A stretch of DNA of 62,939 nt, counting the filler, from Globobulimina sp. (taxonomy: Eukaryota), in NCBI GenBank assembly GCA_003354225.1. It is 49 parts of 49 records of this genome, joined end to end, with 100 filler letters (N's around TTAATTAATTAA, not from the genome) between each part and the next. Parts side by side here need not be neighbours in the genome. Positions count along the whole stretch, not along the records: positions 36,035 to 37,220 come from PIVH01021404.1; positions 37,321 to 38,506 come from PIVH01021405.1; positions 38,607 to 39,792 come from PIVH01021406.1; positions 39,893 to 41,078 come from PIVH01021407.1; positions 41,179 to 42,364 come from PIVH01021408.1; positions 42,465 to 43,650 come from PIVH01021409.1; positions 43,751 to 44,936 come from PIVH01021410.1; positions 45,037 to 46,222 come from PIVH01021411.1; 41 more parts are not named here. One strand, given 5' to 3'. Under the pieces are notes generated by a model, which searched no databases, was not told the DNA's origin, and was given only the letters and a program-made list of their open reading frames with translations. Positions 36,827 to 50,180 of this stretch are shown in pieces (position 1 is the first letter of the stretch; each line of letters starts with the position of its first letter). Position numbers and translations under genes: made by a program.

Positions 36827-38606
36827 GATCTTAAATTTAATTAATTAAACAAATTCTGACTTCAGTTACTGACCCTTTCTGACGTAGCATTTGGAAAAAC
36901 AATAGATGCGCCACGATGGCACCATCTCTCATGTATTATATTAATATTTATTGACCATGTTTTATTGCTGCGACCTTTTACCTTTGAAAGATAGTGGATC
37001 TGCAGAAAATTAAATTAAATGAAAAAAATAGGAAAAAATTCTGCAGCTGTAGCTAATCATAATCCGTAATTTAATTGTCGGAGAATTAAAACATTCATTT
37101 TGCTTTCAGTGCTATACTGCTCTCATTAGTCGATTCACGACAACATGTTCCCAACAACATCGATATCAAAACAAGAAGCAGTTAATTATGGTTTATACAG
37201 TGTCTGTGTTGGAACAATCANNNNNNNNNNNNNNNNNNNNNNNNNNNNNNNNNNNNNNNNNNNNTTAATTAATTAANNNNNNNNNNNNNNNNNNNNNNNN
37301 NNNNNNNNNNNNNNNNNNNNGAAAAATGTTAATAACGGGTGCAAAATTCAAAACAAGGTTCATGTGTTGTTTTATAATGTGTTTTGTTTTGACCGGTGTA
37401 CTTACTTCATTAAGATATGGACCGGTGTTTATTTCTTATCCATATGCATAGGACTAAACAAGAATCCATGGACCAAAGTTGCAAACCCTAAAGTTTATTT
37501 TATGAACTTTAAGGATTTAGGGATTTGATACCCTGCAAACATATGTAATACCTACAAATCATTAAAGTTTAATTCCGCGACAATGATTGTTGGAAAAATT
37601 GGTGCGACAATGATTTTTGAAACTAGTTTATACTTTTTATATCACAGTTGTGAAGTTTTGGAAATGTTCAGAACTTCGTTTTTTTTTAATTGTATCGGGA
37701 TGTCATACACAGATCTCACATCAACGCTATAATCCAGTCCTCCTATCACCTATGAACTCATTCTACCAATTTTCGCGACAGCTGACAACAATGAAGCATT
37801 GGAATCAATCATGTATACAATGGTACGATTAAAAACAGATGATGTAAATAAATACATATATAAATGGAAAACATATTTCAAACGTGACATTTCAGGCTGG
37901 AATTATTTATGAAAATAATACATTCATAGGAATGGATATTCACTATAAAACAAATTAAACACCGCAATAAATTCATATTGAATCTTAACTTAATATTAAT
38001 GTTTTATTATTTATGGTATACTGCATGTAAGCATTTACAATGAATTAAATTGAATTAAATGAAATAACATAGCAAGAATCTATTTGTGTATTTGGCGAGA
38101 AAGGGAAACAAGATTGGTCAGCTATTATTTATGCAAACTGTTTATTACCAAATATATTATTATTTACATTATACCGTCCATTATGGGCCATGAATCGTGT
38201 ACTTTAGGTGTGTTTATTGTATTATATATCAATGCCCTTCAACTCATAGATATACATAATAAAAATAGGTTATTTTTGTGTATTTATATATGGATTTTAT
38301 GGGACGGAACCATTTTCAATATGTGTAGTTTATCATTGTTTAATTTTATATGCTGTGTGTTTGTTTTCTGTTTTCTGTGTATTTATGTTATTGTTTTCCA
38401 TTTGTAAGTATGCAAAATATAGTCAGACGTATACAAATGGAAAGTAATGATCTGCCTTCTCAGCTGCCGCGAAAATATGACAGAATTGTTTAAATACTTA
38501 TGTTCANNNNNNNNNNNNNNNNNNNNNNNNNNNNNNNNNNNNNNNNNNNNTTAATTAATTAANNNNNNNNNNNNNNNNNNNNNNNNNNNNNNNNNNNNNN
38601 NNNNNN

Positions 38607-39490
38607 ATGTTGATATTCAGCATATTGGATTTATGCTATTAATAAATGTGACCATTATTTATCCATTTCAAGTATTGATGAAAGGAAATATATCTGTTAT
38701 ATGGACTCATTTCGTTGAACATCCATTTCGATTTTTATTACAAATAATTTATATGGCAATATATCATTTATTAGCGATATTAATGCCTGTTTTGATTGTT
38801 AGGCTGTGCAGAGTTATGCATTTTTATTGGATTTACTTTCTAATTTTGGGGAAAGTTTGTGAATATCAGATCAGAGTGCAAACACATTTACAAACACGAA
38901 TGATGTGTGGAGGAATTCAATCCATTGCATTGAATCAAGCCAATGCAGAACAACTTAATTGGCAATATCGTGTTATTTGGAACTCGGCTCTAAGTTGGAG
39001 TGTTGTGCAATTGATGGCATATTTGATTGGTGCAATACACGGCAAATGGTTGATTTATGAAGAATCAGTATGGAAAATTATTATATTTGTGGTGCTATTT
39101 GGTTCATCCATATTTGTAATATTATATAATCGAATCAAAGTCGGCAGGAAAATGTATTTAAGTCTTATCAAATATGGCAGCATTGTATGCTGTTTGCTTT
39201 TATTATGGGGTGCAGTTTACGATGATCTCTATTTAAAACTGGATGTTGTCCATAATGGGTATGATGAATTGTGTAGTGAATGGGAAACATTTGGTGATCA
39301 TAACCAATATTTGTGGATATTGGATTTTGTTGAGAAATGTGATTGGATCAAACGGTACCGATGCTTGGCTTATCCCATTGGCATAGCCATCTATCTAAGT
39401 GTCAATTTTCTTTTTGTGAGCTATTGGCCAACGTTATGGCAACAAACCACTGGCGATGCTCAAGAAATTTCCAGGAAAAAAATTAATTAA
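38607..39490 (+). CDS. Hypothetical multi-pass membrane protein, partial
   Basis: 285-aa frame with several hydrophobic helices. Confidence 0.55.
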
Positions 39491-39614
39491 TTTCCATTCA
39501 AGAAACATTCGTTGTCGTAGCAGAGTTTTAAAATAATTCATGTCTTGTTTGTGTTTTCGCATTTTTCCGATTCTATTTTGTTTGTTATGTGAATAAAACC
39601 AGGTATTTTGAATC

Positions 39615-39792
39615 ATGGCCTCAAGAACAACCACTATTAGATGTCCTAAATGTGCAAAGCAAATAACATTATATTATACATTCTTGTGCTTTGTGTGTAA
39701 ATTATCAGTTTGTTATGGTTGCAGAATGAAGATATTTGATGAAAAGAATAATTGTTATCAGCAAATATGCCGAGAATGTTATATGGATGAAG
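39615..39792 (+). CDS. Zinc-finger (FYVE-like CxxC x4) protein N-terminus
   Basis: CPKC, CFVC, CYGC and CREC pairs. Confidence 0.55.
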
Positions 39793-39976
39793 NNNNNNNN
39801 NNNNNNNNNNNNNNNNNNNNNNNNNNNNNNNNNNNNTTAATTAATTAANNNNNNNNNNNNNNNNNNNNNNNNNNNNNNNNNNNNNNNNNNNNGCTGGTTG
39901 ACATGGTATTTATCATAGCTCCTTGCACTCTACAACTGGGATCTATCACTGTTTCCGAGAACGATGGAGTGAAGTA

Positions 39977-41078
39977 ATGGCTGCTGAGCAGAAAATAAAC
40001 GAAGATAAGCCATCAAATATATGCAGACCAATATCAAGATGTACATCTTTACGCGGAATTACCACCGCTTTGCATTTCTATCAGTCCATAAAAAATGACG
40101 CTGAAAATATGCAACAAACTGGTTTATTGATCATTGAATATTTTACCAAATATAAACATCTTTTGGATGATTATACTCATTTATTAAATAACCATATTAA
40201 CGCCGGAAATGTGAATGAAAATAATTTACAATTTGAGCAAATTCATGATTATATCTGCAAACATATCAAATGTGATATTCAAAGCTGTCAACAATTTGTG
40301 AGAAACAATAGAAACAGAGGCAGAGAAAAAACAGAAAACGATGCGTTAACAAATGCAAATAATGATAAAAAAGTTGTATTTTATATGGACATTTTAGACA
40401 CAATTCATTGTTATTTTGTGCATGCGTTTGATGTTGGATTTCGAATAAAATTTGATGACTTAAAAATAAATGACAATCAGCTAACCGATGAACACGACAA
40501 TATGGATAAATCACTATTATACAAAGACAAAAGCATGAAAACATTGAAAACATATCTTGTGAATAAAAGAAGAGGATTGGATAAAATTGCCGGCTTACAT
40601 CGTATTGAAAATAGCAAATTTATGACAACTGTGACAGGTACAATGGTACATTTACATTCATGCAAATAAATTAATATTATTTTGTTGAAAGATCCTTCAA
40701 AGTTACACGAAATAGCCGTCGATCCCGAGAGCAAAACAGATAATGACAGCAACGTTAACGGAAATAAAAATATTGATCGTTACAGCTTTGGTCAGCGAAT
40801 GTATTATTGGCAAAAATATAAAGATAATGAATGGTATGTCGAGAGAAAATATGATAACTTAAAACATGAAATATTAACAAACAGTATTTGTAATTTGAGT
40901 ATGGAACAATATGAACTTTCATTACATAAAGCAATGGAATATATAGCAACCAATTATTGTAAGAGAATGACGAGCTGTTATTCGAATCATTTATTATATT
41001 ATGATATTCGTGGTGGAGTAGCAATTGATGTGAATAATTTGTTGAGCATTGTGTTATATACTGATTATAGTAAATTGT
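39977..41078 (+). CDS. Member of a recurring orphan protein family, partial; intron 40638..40691
   Basis: LDTIHCYFVHAFDVG, FGQRMYYW, KYDNLKHEIL, LLSIVLYTDY; a 54-nt GT-AG intron joins the ORFs; degenerate paralog at 46633..47209. Confidence 0.7.
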
Positions 41079-41179
41079 NNNNNNNNNNNNNNNNNNNNNN
41101 NNNNNNNNNNNNNNNNNNNNNNTTAATTAATTAANNNNNNNNNNNNNNNNNNNNNNNNNNNNNNNNNNNNNNNNNNNNT

Positions 41180-42088
41180 ATACAAGAAATAAAATGGCAG
41201 ATTGCTTCCATGGCAAATATCTCACCAACAGAACAAAGACTTATTTTTGCTGGAAAACAGTTGGAAGATTATCGGAGTTTGGCGGATTATATGATACAAA
41301 AAGAATCCACATTACATTTAGTAACACGAGTAACAGCAAATGGTGATATTGCAATATGGAATAATAATAACAACAAATATGAGAAATTAGATAATAATAT
41401 ATCAATTACACAAATTGCATTGCAAAAATTCAATGAATTAACATGGAAACAGTCCCAATCTGCGTATCGAAATAATGTGGAATTTGATAAATTTGATTTA
41501 AATACAAAATTACAATTTAAATCTATCGAAAAAGATAATATTTTGTTGATTAGAGATAGTTTGAAAAACTTTGAAAATATTTCTAAACATATTATTAAAC
41601 GTTGCAGAGAATATAGTAAATTATATTCCATTGGATTTAAAGATTTTAGTTTAAATGAATTAGGTTTAAAGCAAAGTGTTTATGATTTTTGTATGGATTT
41701 TTTGAGATTGCAACAAAATGATGAATATGAATTGGAAAAATTAAATATTTCAGGTTTTATTTTACGAGAAAAAAGTGTTGAATATGAAATTAAGAATGAT
41801 GACAAAGAATGTTTTACTTTTTGTTATGATGATGATCGGATTAAATGGATGAATGCAAATGGATTAGTTTATGGATATCACAAAGATGGAAGTGATGTAA
41901 CATTTGATTTGTGTTTGCAATCGAAATTTGAAGGTGGTTCAATTAATTTTATTGGAGAAAATGGTAAACATATTAATGTAAAACACGAAATTGGATCAAT
42001 GTTGATGTTCAAAGGTGAAATAGAACACTCTGTTATGCCAATTCGATCAGGAGAACGAGTAAACTTAATTATTTTTTGTCAATTCTAA
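41180..42088 (+). CDS. Ubiquitin-like domain fused to a 2OG-Fe(II) oxygenase domain, 5' truncated
   Basis: [34 protein letters not shown]. Confidence 0.88.
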   Translation: MQEIKWQIASMANISPTEQRLIFAGKQLEDYRSLADYMIQKESTLHLVTRVTANGDIAIWNNNNNKYEKLDNNISITQIALQKFNELTWKQSQSAYRNNVEFDKFDLNTKLQFKSIEKDNILLIRDSLKNFENISKHIIKRCREYSKLYSIGFKDFSLNELGLKQSVYDFCMDFLRLQQNDEYELEKLNISGFILREKSVEYEIKNDDKECFTFCYDDDRIKWMNANGLVYGYHKDGSDVTFDLCLQSKFEGGSINFIGENGKHINVKHEIGSMLMFKGEIEHSVMPIRSGERVNLIIFCQF

Positions 42089-42247
42089 TAAAGATCTTAA
42101 GAATCGCAAACTTCCCATAATTGTAATATCACCAACAGGTAACTACAGTTTCGGCACTGCTTTTCAAAGAAATCCTTGTCTCTGTTTGATAGAGTGCGCA
42201 TTGGCTTTTTTCTTTTTTCCACCAATATTTGCCCAATTCAGCACTCA

Positions 42248-42313
42248 CTGCAGTCACAACTATAGACATATGGAGTGATCGCGCACCACAACTATTGAGC
42301 TGCTAATTTATTG
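42248..42313. repeat. Rearranged partial copy of the 33148..33244 foldback element
   Basis: CTGCAGTCACAACTAT and CACAACTATTGAGC..CTAATTTATTG are shared with the other copy. Confidence 0.7.
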
Positions 42314-42740
42314 TGAATCGTTGAAATGAAACGAAACTAAGCCAAAAAAGTTAATTCTGACATTNNNNNNNNNNNNNNNNNNNNNNNNNNNNNNNNNNNN
42401 NNNNNNNNTTAATTAATTAANNNNNNNNNNNNNNNNNNNNNNNNNNNNNNNNNNNNNNNNNNNNAAAAACTGTGTGTTGAATATGTAGATTGTGAGTTAA
42501 CTCAATTTGGGGAATTTATTGGTATTTTGGGGTATTACTAATGTTGATAGAAATAAAACATATCGATTGGCTGTACGTATATCAATCGATGGTATTTTGC
42601 TGGTGGCGTTGGCGGTGTTTGCGCAGTTTTCTCCGTAGATGACGCAGCAAGCAAAGATTCAAAATTTTCTGTCCTCCTCGAGATGAGAAAGTCAAGAAAG
42701 TCTATTTTTCGTCGCAGTTTGGATGGAATGTTTAATTTTG

Positions 42741-43168
42741 TTATTGGTGAGTTTGTGAAAAAGTGTTGAAATTGAAACCAGGCGGGTTGAACATGAAGAA
42801 GTCGTTTGCAAAATAACCATCGTAAAACGAGTGGGCATTGAAGGGCTCGAAGATATCGCCAAAGTGCGTAAACACGGCGTCCATTCCGCCGTTATCGTAT
42901 GTTTTGCGTTGTTCAGTATCCTTCAACACTTCGTATGCCTCTCCAAACTCTTTGAATTTAGCCTCTGCCGCCTCTGCATTGTCTGGGTTCTTGTCGGGGT
43001 GCCATTGCAATGCTAATTTCCTGTGCAATTAGGGTGTGAATCAAAAGGAAGACAGATGGAGATAACAACACTTTACCTGTACGCTTTCTTGATTGCCTTC
43101 TGATCGGCGTCTTCGTCCACGCCGAGAATCTCGTAATAATTTTTCTTATCTTGTGCAGCTTCTGCCAT
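42741..43168 (-). CDS. DnaJ/Hsp40 J-domain protein; intron 43021..43076; possible frameshifted C-terminal extension
   Basis: [39 protein letters not shown]. Confidence 0.93.
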
Positions 43169-43792
43169 TGAGGTCAACTCCAAATGGTTGTTTGAATCTG
43201 GCTAATTTTGCGTATTTGCGTATTTTGACAAGTAGCTGCGTTTTAAGGATGAGGGCGTGGTGGAGAAGTGATATAAAACATATTGATCGCTAAATATATA
43301 CAATATGCTGCATTGAATACTGAACATCCCGCATTAAAGATTTGTAAAATAGATGAACAATACTTAAAATAGTTTGCAATCTGGATATCTGTTGCTGACT
43401 TTTCAGATTTGTTAATATTGTCAGATGTAACACGTTTTTCTTTTTTGTTCTTTAACGTGTCATTTTATTTTTCTGTTTTTTTCATTTGGATTAGCAAAAT
43501 GATGTATAACTGTGGATATGTAATAAATGTGGATATGATCGCTGTTTAATATATATTGCAATTGTAAACTATGTGCAGCATTGTAAACTATGAAGCTGTT
43601 GTAAAGATTTGTGTGGGGTGTGCTCTGTCTGCTCTTTTGTGTGTGTTCTGNNNNNNNNNNNNNNNNNNNNNNNNNNNNNNNNNNNNNNNNNNNNTTAATT
43701 AATTAANNNNNNNNNNNNNNNNNNNNNNNNNNNNNNNNNNNNNNNNNNNNACAACTTTCTTTTCAGAAACATATGTTTTTGGTATGTTATAA

Positions 43793-44936
43793 CTATTCAT
43801 CCAAATACAAAAAATAATAATTTAATGCTATATTCAGTCTCAACTCAATCCATTTATTATAGCCATAAAAACGCCGTATATAAGAACACAACGCATCAAA
43901 AAACCATTTCGGTCTCAAGGCACTATTCAATATCTTAAATAATTCATTTTCATCCAACATTACAGCCACTGCAACAGATACATTTTCATCAAACTTGCAT
44001 TGCAATAATACCGTTCGTAATACATCATATCTTATGTTTGCTCGCTCCATTTGAAATTCCCCCATTTCTGGATCTTCCATCCGGTCACAAATCCAATCCA
44101 CAGAAGCACTCTGCGTATGAATCCGTGGTGCTATGTTTGTGATAAATTTATTTGTCCCACAAGTTCGGCAATGAGTTAATAAGGAGACATAGGAAAATAT
44201 TCTGTTCATCATTATGGTGCAATTAATGGACAAACAATAATCACAGATAAAATTATAAAAATCAAATTTGAGCCAATACGCAATATAATCTTTGTACGTT
44301 TTGATATAATTTGATTCGAATTCTTTGTGTTTCAGCAATTTTTTGATGATGTTTTTTGTGGATAAGTTATTGTCGTTAAACAAAGATAAAATATCCAAAT
44401 TATTGTCGTTTTTGCATTGAATGAGCGATAATAAGAAATGAAATGTATAGTTAGGAAATGCATTGTTGTTGCAATTACAAAGTATTTTTATTTTTTTATC
44501 ACAATTGATACGCTCACATTTTATGGTCATTGTCCACGAAAAAAATGATTTTAATATGTGACTATATGTTTTCGTACCAAATCTGCAATTATAATTATCG
44601 TATTTTAAGGTAAATAATAACATTGGTTGATTGTTACAAATCTTATGAATGTTTTCAAAGAAATCCCGATCAAATGACATGTTATACTTTAATTTATGCG
44701 ATAAGATAACTATCCATTTGTTGAATAAGTGTCTGTGACTCAGTTTGTTATCAAATGGATTCCCTAACTTATTATTTGGTATATTTATCCATAAACCATT
44801 GGATAAAAATGGATCGGATAAGTAATCTGTTTTAAATTTTAACTTTATTTGATTGCTTGTTTTATCCATAATATGTCCGATGACAACAATAGAATCATCA
44901 CAAATATATCCCACTGTTTCTATATCATCAAAATTC
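43793..44936 (-). CDS. Hypothetical protein, partial
   Basis: 373-aa open frame. Confidence 0.55.
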
Positions 44937-45036
44937 NNNNNNNNNNNNNNNNNNNNNNNNNNNNNNNNNNNNNNNNNNNNTTAATTAATTAANNNNNNNN
45001 NNNNNNNNNNNNNNNNNNNNNNNNNNNNNNNNNNNN

Positions 45037-46030
45037 ATCATTTTTTTTATTTTTCTTTTTGGTGATTTTTTTCCTGTCTTCTTTATTTTCAGTTTGTTCA
45101 TGATCGCTTTCATTTATTTTATTACACACTGGACATTGGATATTGATCCAACGCTGAATGCAACGACAGACGCCGGCAGAGGTTGACGTATTGTGGTTAT
45201 CATGCACAAATTGAGAAAAGTTGTCATTTTCTTGTTGAATACCAACAATTGCATTGTTATTATCATTATCATGATCATCGTTTATTGCATGCGGACAGCG
45301 GCGGGGACTCGATTCGATTGACTGTTGTATGGAGGATGTGGGAGACAGAAGGGATGGAACATAAATATTATTGTAAGGTTCATCGCAATAATGAGGCCAC
45401 ACATTACTGATAGTTGGATCTAAGCGTTCCAAACAAGAGGGACATAGTGGCATTTGTAAGTATTTATATTCTCGCATTTGTTTGAATCGATGCAATAATT
45501 CTGAAGCGTTAACTATCTCAAACTATATATTGGATCCGGATGTAAGTATTTTGTTATTGAATAGATATAAAAAATTATATAACTTTGACAGCAAATAAGA
45601 CGTGACAAATATCGTTTGTTTTTCCATATTTTTTACCATGGCAACGTAAGAAACACTTTTGTGCATTTTCTATATTTTGGAATTTAATGCAAATTGAATG
45701 TTGTTTGGTGAATGGATGAATGGTTCGAACAGAACCAACAATTTCGTTTAAATCAATTTTAGCAAATTTTATAAAATCTCGAAATGAAAAATTTGAGCAT
45801 GGAATTGCCACAAAAAATAATTCTGTCACTTGGGCATTAATATGTGATATATCTTCCTGTGATGATAGTAGCGCATTTTGAATGTTTTCAAATTCGTCAT
45901 TTACCATTGCAAATAAATTACAATTTCCTGTCAATTTTTTACTTATTGTCTCTTCACAATCAATCCATGCAAATCTTTCCTCACATTCAACGTAAATGTG
46001 GTATAAAGGAAGCAGTGTCCTGGTTGACAT
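45037..46030 (-). CDS. BRAP2/IMP-like RING E3 ligase, 3' truncated; intron 45523..45583
   Basis: BRAP2 domain (FFVAIP, IKFQNIENA..F..HGKKY..ICHVLF), then PLCPSCLERLD and CIQRW..QCPVC. Confidence 0.8.
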
Positions 46031-46322
46031 GCCTTCGTTAATGTTTTTTCAAAATTAAATGATTTTTTGAAGTAAAAATGTGGGACTTTAAGCCTCCAGA
46101 ACAACTCGCCATGGAAGCACAAGAAGTCCAACAAAGTGCTTCTTTATCAACAAACATAAAATTAAAATAAGCCACACTTAAATTGAACGATGGCAATACA
46201 ATCCCTATTATAGGTATAGGCANNNNNNNNNNNNNNNNNNNNNNNNNNNNNNNNNNNNNNNNNNNNTTAATTAATTAANNNNNNNNNNNNNNNNNNNNNN
46301 NNNNNNNNNNNNNNNNNNNNNN

Positions 46323-46366
46323 TTATTGCCAGTTTGATGGATTATTGCCATTTTCATGGATTATTA
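46323..46366. repeat. 19-nt satellite units (TTATTGCCAGTTTGATGGA / TTATTGCCATTTTCATGGA), left contig end
   Basis: Two units plus a partial unit. Confidence 0.85.
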
Positions 46367-46632
46367 ACATATATAGAGGGGGCAACACAGTAGCATTGCG
46401 GGTCGATAGACCCAGAGGCAAGAAGCCAGGAGGCCAGAAGCACAGAGGCAAGAAACCCAGATATTAGTTTTGGACCCAGATGTTTTCAACAGAACTTCAA
46501 AGTTTTTGAAATTCATGTACAAAAGTTGTCTCTAAAATGCATGTACAAAACGTGTCTATAATTATCTGATTTATATCCATAATTCCTATACAAATTTATA
46601 TCCATAATTATCTGATTTATATCCATGATATG

Positions 46633-47209
46633 GGATGAAAATGAGTGATTTCTTTAATGCGTTATACAATTATGATATGATACAATTATTAAATGATTGT
46701 TTGCGCGAAATAATCGAAATCGTAAATATTTTGAGTTGAAAACATATTTTTTAGATAGTTTTGATTGGCAAGAAATCGTAATTCAACCACATTTGGATAA
46801 AATGTATTCGTATTTAATGTGTTGCTCAGTGTTTAATTATAATTATAATTATACGAAAATTGCGGTTACTGTATATAAAAAAGAAGGTATAAAGCATAGA
46901 AAATATAAATAATAATAATAACAATCTTTTGACGAAGATTGGAATTATTTTGTACAGTCTTCTTTCGGTGATTTAAAGTCAGAAATATTAAATCTATCCA
47001 TCTCAATCAATGAATGGCAAATTGCAAAGCCGTATCATTGTCATTATATAATAATTTATTGTAAACAGGAATTATTTGCACGGAAAGGGTTTGTAAACGA
47101 TTATGAAATTGAGCCAGATTCATTGCTTGGTATTAATCATTTGATGGAGTTATTATTTTATGCAAATTTTGATTTTTTATGTGTGCTATTAAAGAATACA
47201 TATTTATGA
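46633..47209 (+). pseudogene. Frameshifted paralog of the 39977..41078 family
   Basis: HLDKMYSYL, DEDWNYFVQSSFGDLKSEILN and INHLMELLFYANFD read in changing frames. Confidence 0.55.
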
Positions 47210-47389
47210 CAGAACGAATTGAAACAATTAAAACAACGGCATTCGAATTATGCAAAGGCGTTGTCTCAACTTGTAGAATTCTACAACATTTCATGTACAA
47301 GACTGGACTGTGCATGACTTGTAGACTGTGGATAACAATATGCCACTTTCTTCAAATCTGACGGTGTGCATGTTGGGACAACGCCTTTG

Positions 47390-47508
47390 TATTGTCATTT
47401 TCATGGAATTATTGCCATTTTCATGGATTATTGTCATTTTCATGGATTATTGCCAGTTTGATGGGTTATTGCCAGTTTGATGGATTATTGCCATTTTCAT
47501 GGATTATT
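47390..47508. repeat. 19-nt satellite array (~6 units), right contig end
   Basis: The same two unit variants as at 46323. Confidence 0.9.
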
Positions 47509-47764
47509 NNNNNNNNNNNNNNNNNNNNNNNNNNNNNNNNNNNNNNNNNNNNTTAATTAATTAANNNNNNNNNNNNNNNNNNNNNNNNNNNNNNNNNNNN
47601 NNNNNNNNGAAGTGCACGCTGCCATGAAGAGGGGCCAGGCCCTTCGTTAGTGTGATTAGTGATTCCGAGGTCTTCTGGGGGGGAGGGTGGCCTGGATGCC
47701 AGAACGGTATCTGCCAAGGCCATTGGGCACGTCGAGGATACGATATCGACGGGGTGATGTCAAC

Positions 47765-48794
47765 ACTAATCACTCCATTAAAATCAACCTATTCTAAATT
47801 CAATATATCTAACAATCAAATGTCTCGATTAAATCTAATATTTGATGCAGTCTCCAATTTATATGAATTCCACGCGACAGCATTAAGTCAATTATCATGT
47901 GATCTAAATGTGCAACCAGCGCTCTTTAGACATTATGCTTTATTTCCATCCATTTATGAGACCTATTTTGATTCTGCCATTGTATCATTGCCACATTTAT
48001 CAAATATATTTTGTATCTCACATACAAATATAAAGAAATGGTTCGCTTCCAAATGTAATGCCATTCGCTGGTTATACGATACAACAAATACAATTTCGTA
48101 TAAATCCTTGGCTGAGTTAAGCAATTAACTAAACAGCAAATTATTGTACATATATTTGTATACATATATGTTTTCAACAACAGGATTTTGAGGGATATCT
48201 TCATTCATTGCATAGAACAATCACATAAATTGAAGAAAATCGCAGCGTCTAAAGATTTTAACACAAATATCGACGCTCAATCATTTACACAAAATACCCG
48301 GATTCATCTTAAAAACACGCTTCTCAGTTATTAAATAATTATATATTAAACACATACAGATATCAAATAATTATATATTACATACTTAGAACAATGGGAT
48401 ACTGAATATCGACAACAATTTGATTTGTTGCATTTAGAAATGATATTAACTCAAACCAATATTCAGTTGTATAACAATCGAAGACGATTAATGTTGCAAT
48501 TTGAGATTCAAATATCAACAAAATACAACAAGGCCATGCAAGGAATATTGTATGTATTTAACGACAGTGTATTAATTACAACAAAAAGCGACAAAGTTAA
48601 GCTAATTGTTTGTATTTACAAACCTATCAAAATATGATAAATATATATATACAGTACAAGGGTCTGTATGATTTGAAAGATGATAAAGTATCATTCGTTC
48701 AAGGCGAAGACCAAAAATCTATCACATTTTCCCGTAATGTCAATGATAAAAAAAAACTAACGATTGTTTTAGGAAAAACAGGTATTAATTAATA
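47765..48794 (+). CDS. Multi-exon DH-PH (RhoGEF-like) fragment
   Basis: LIFDAVSNLYEFH (DH-like) and RRLMLQ..ILYVFNDSVLIT (PH-like), separated by AT-rich intron-like gaps; exon boundaries not resolved. Confidence 0.45.
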
Positions 48795-50180
48795 NNNNNN
48801 NNNNNNNNNNNNNNNNNNNNNNNNNNNNNNNNNNNNNNTTAATTAATTAANNNNNNNNNNNNNNNNNNNNNNNNNNNNNNNNNNNNNNNNNNNNCAAAAA
48901 ACAATTTATTTGTCAACCGTAAATTCAGTAAAGAAGACGTTAAAAATGGTAAGTTGACACAACGCGACCACAAAAGACAGCGAACAACAGTGGGAAACAA
49001 CGATGTATTGTTGCATTTGTTTTTCTAATTTTGCAATTTCTTTTGCATCATAAATACATTCGCACGAATAAAGCGTTTATCCCCTATATATGGATTTTAT
49101 TATTTTTATGCTGGGTTAATAATAACATTGAGATTAGATGTTGATATATAATTAAAGCCAATGATCGGGTGTATATTTTCAATGGTACTATTCATAACAT
49201 ATAATATGGTGATTGTGATTGCGATGTAGTTAATGTGATTATTATCTCATTCATCACGCTTTGTGTATGTTTTATATTTATTCCCATGTGAACATTGCCA
49301 AAAGATATTGAATCTATAAATGTTACAATCAATGCAATGATAACGACTTTGTCAAAATAATTTTGTGTGTTGTTTCAGTACATTTAATATTCATTAGGAT
49401 GACTATACAATGAATATTTTGAATTAATAATTTTGATGACGGTTCCAATAAAAATACACATTATCATTAAGTATTGTAATTTACCAAATACTAATGACGT
49501 TTTCAAACATTACTAATGTCTGCCAAGTATTAAATTAAGCGATATCAACTCCCAAATATACAGCATTAGGATTAGAAACAGCACTAAATGTTGAAAGCAC
49601 TAAATGTTTTTTTTCGTAATTGCAAATTTTAAAATTCAACTAAAAAGACAGCATACTCTGAAGGTGGAGCCAAAAACTTGCCATAAAAAAATAAAAAAAG
49701 ACAGGACATAATTCAAAATGTTGACAAATTCGGAGAAACGATTCTGGGTCAAGTTTGGGAATTTATGAATAGGTTCCATTAGTTCCATTAATATAACTTG
49801 CTTTCATCAAAATTAAAAAAAAAATCGCACAACAACTGAGGCTAAATACATTACAAAAAGGCATTCTATATTTATGGGACAACATAAAAAACCAAGATAC
49901 ATCGATAAATTTCGTTTTTTGACCGGACAATTTCAAAATAATTCCACCGCGGATGCAAATCACAGCAAACTGAAAACTTGTTTTGACTCTCAAAATTGTG
50001 TCCGTTCAGAAATGCCAGCCAGTTTTCAAAATGCCAGCCAAATGCTTGTTTTCCAACTTTAGGTTCACCACTCTGCTCTCNNNNNNNNNNNNNNNNNNNN
50101 NNNNNNNNNNNNNNNNNNNNNNNNTTAATTAATTAANNNNNNNNNNNNNNNNNNNNNNNNNNNNNNNNNNNNNNNNNNNN

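Noticed and set aside
37321..38506. Short hydrophobic ORFs in an AT-rich contig
   Set aside because: No motifs; composition is consistent with non-coding DNA
11587..42088. GT60 and the Ub-2OG oxygenase as a linked oxygen-sensing locus
   Set aside because: They are on different contigs, and co-occurrence reflects only length sorting; any functional link is hypothetical
42582..42743. TAA/TAG read as Gln (ciliate-type code) extending DnaJ as THQQQNQ...TGA
   Set aside because: The J domain has no in-frame TAR, an alternative frame is open for ~70 codons after a 1-nt shift, and other genes here end in TAA/TAG
46323..47508. 19-nt repeats as a CRISPR array
   Set aside because: The units are directly tandem with no unique spacers, and there are no cas genes
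48895..50080. Possible degenerate membrane-protein gene on the minus strand
   Set aside because: Many stops and no recognisable motif; cannot be supported
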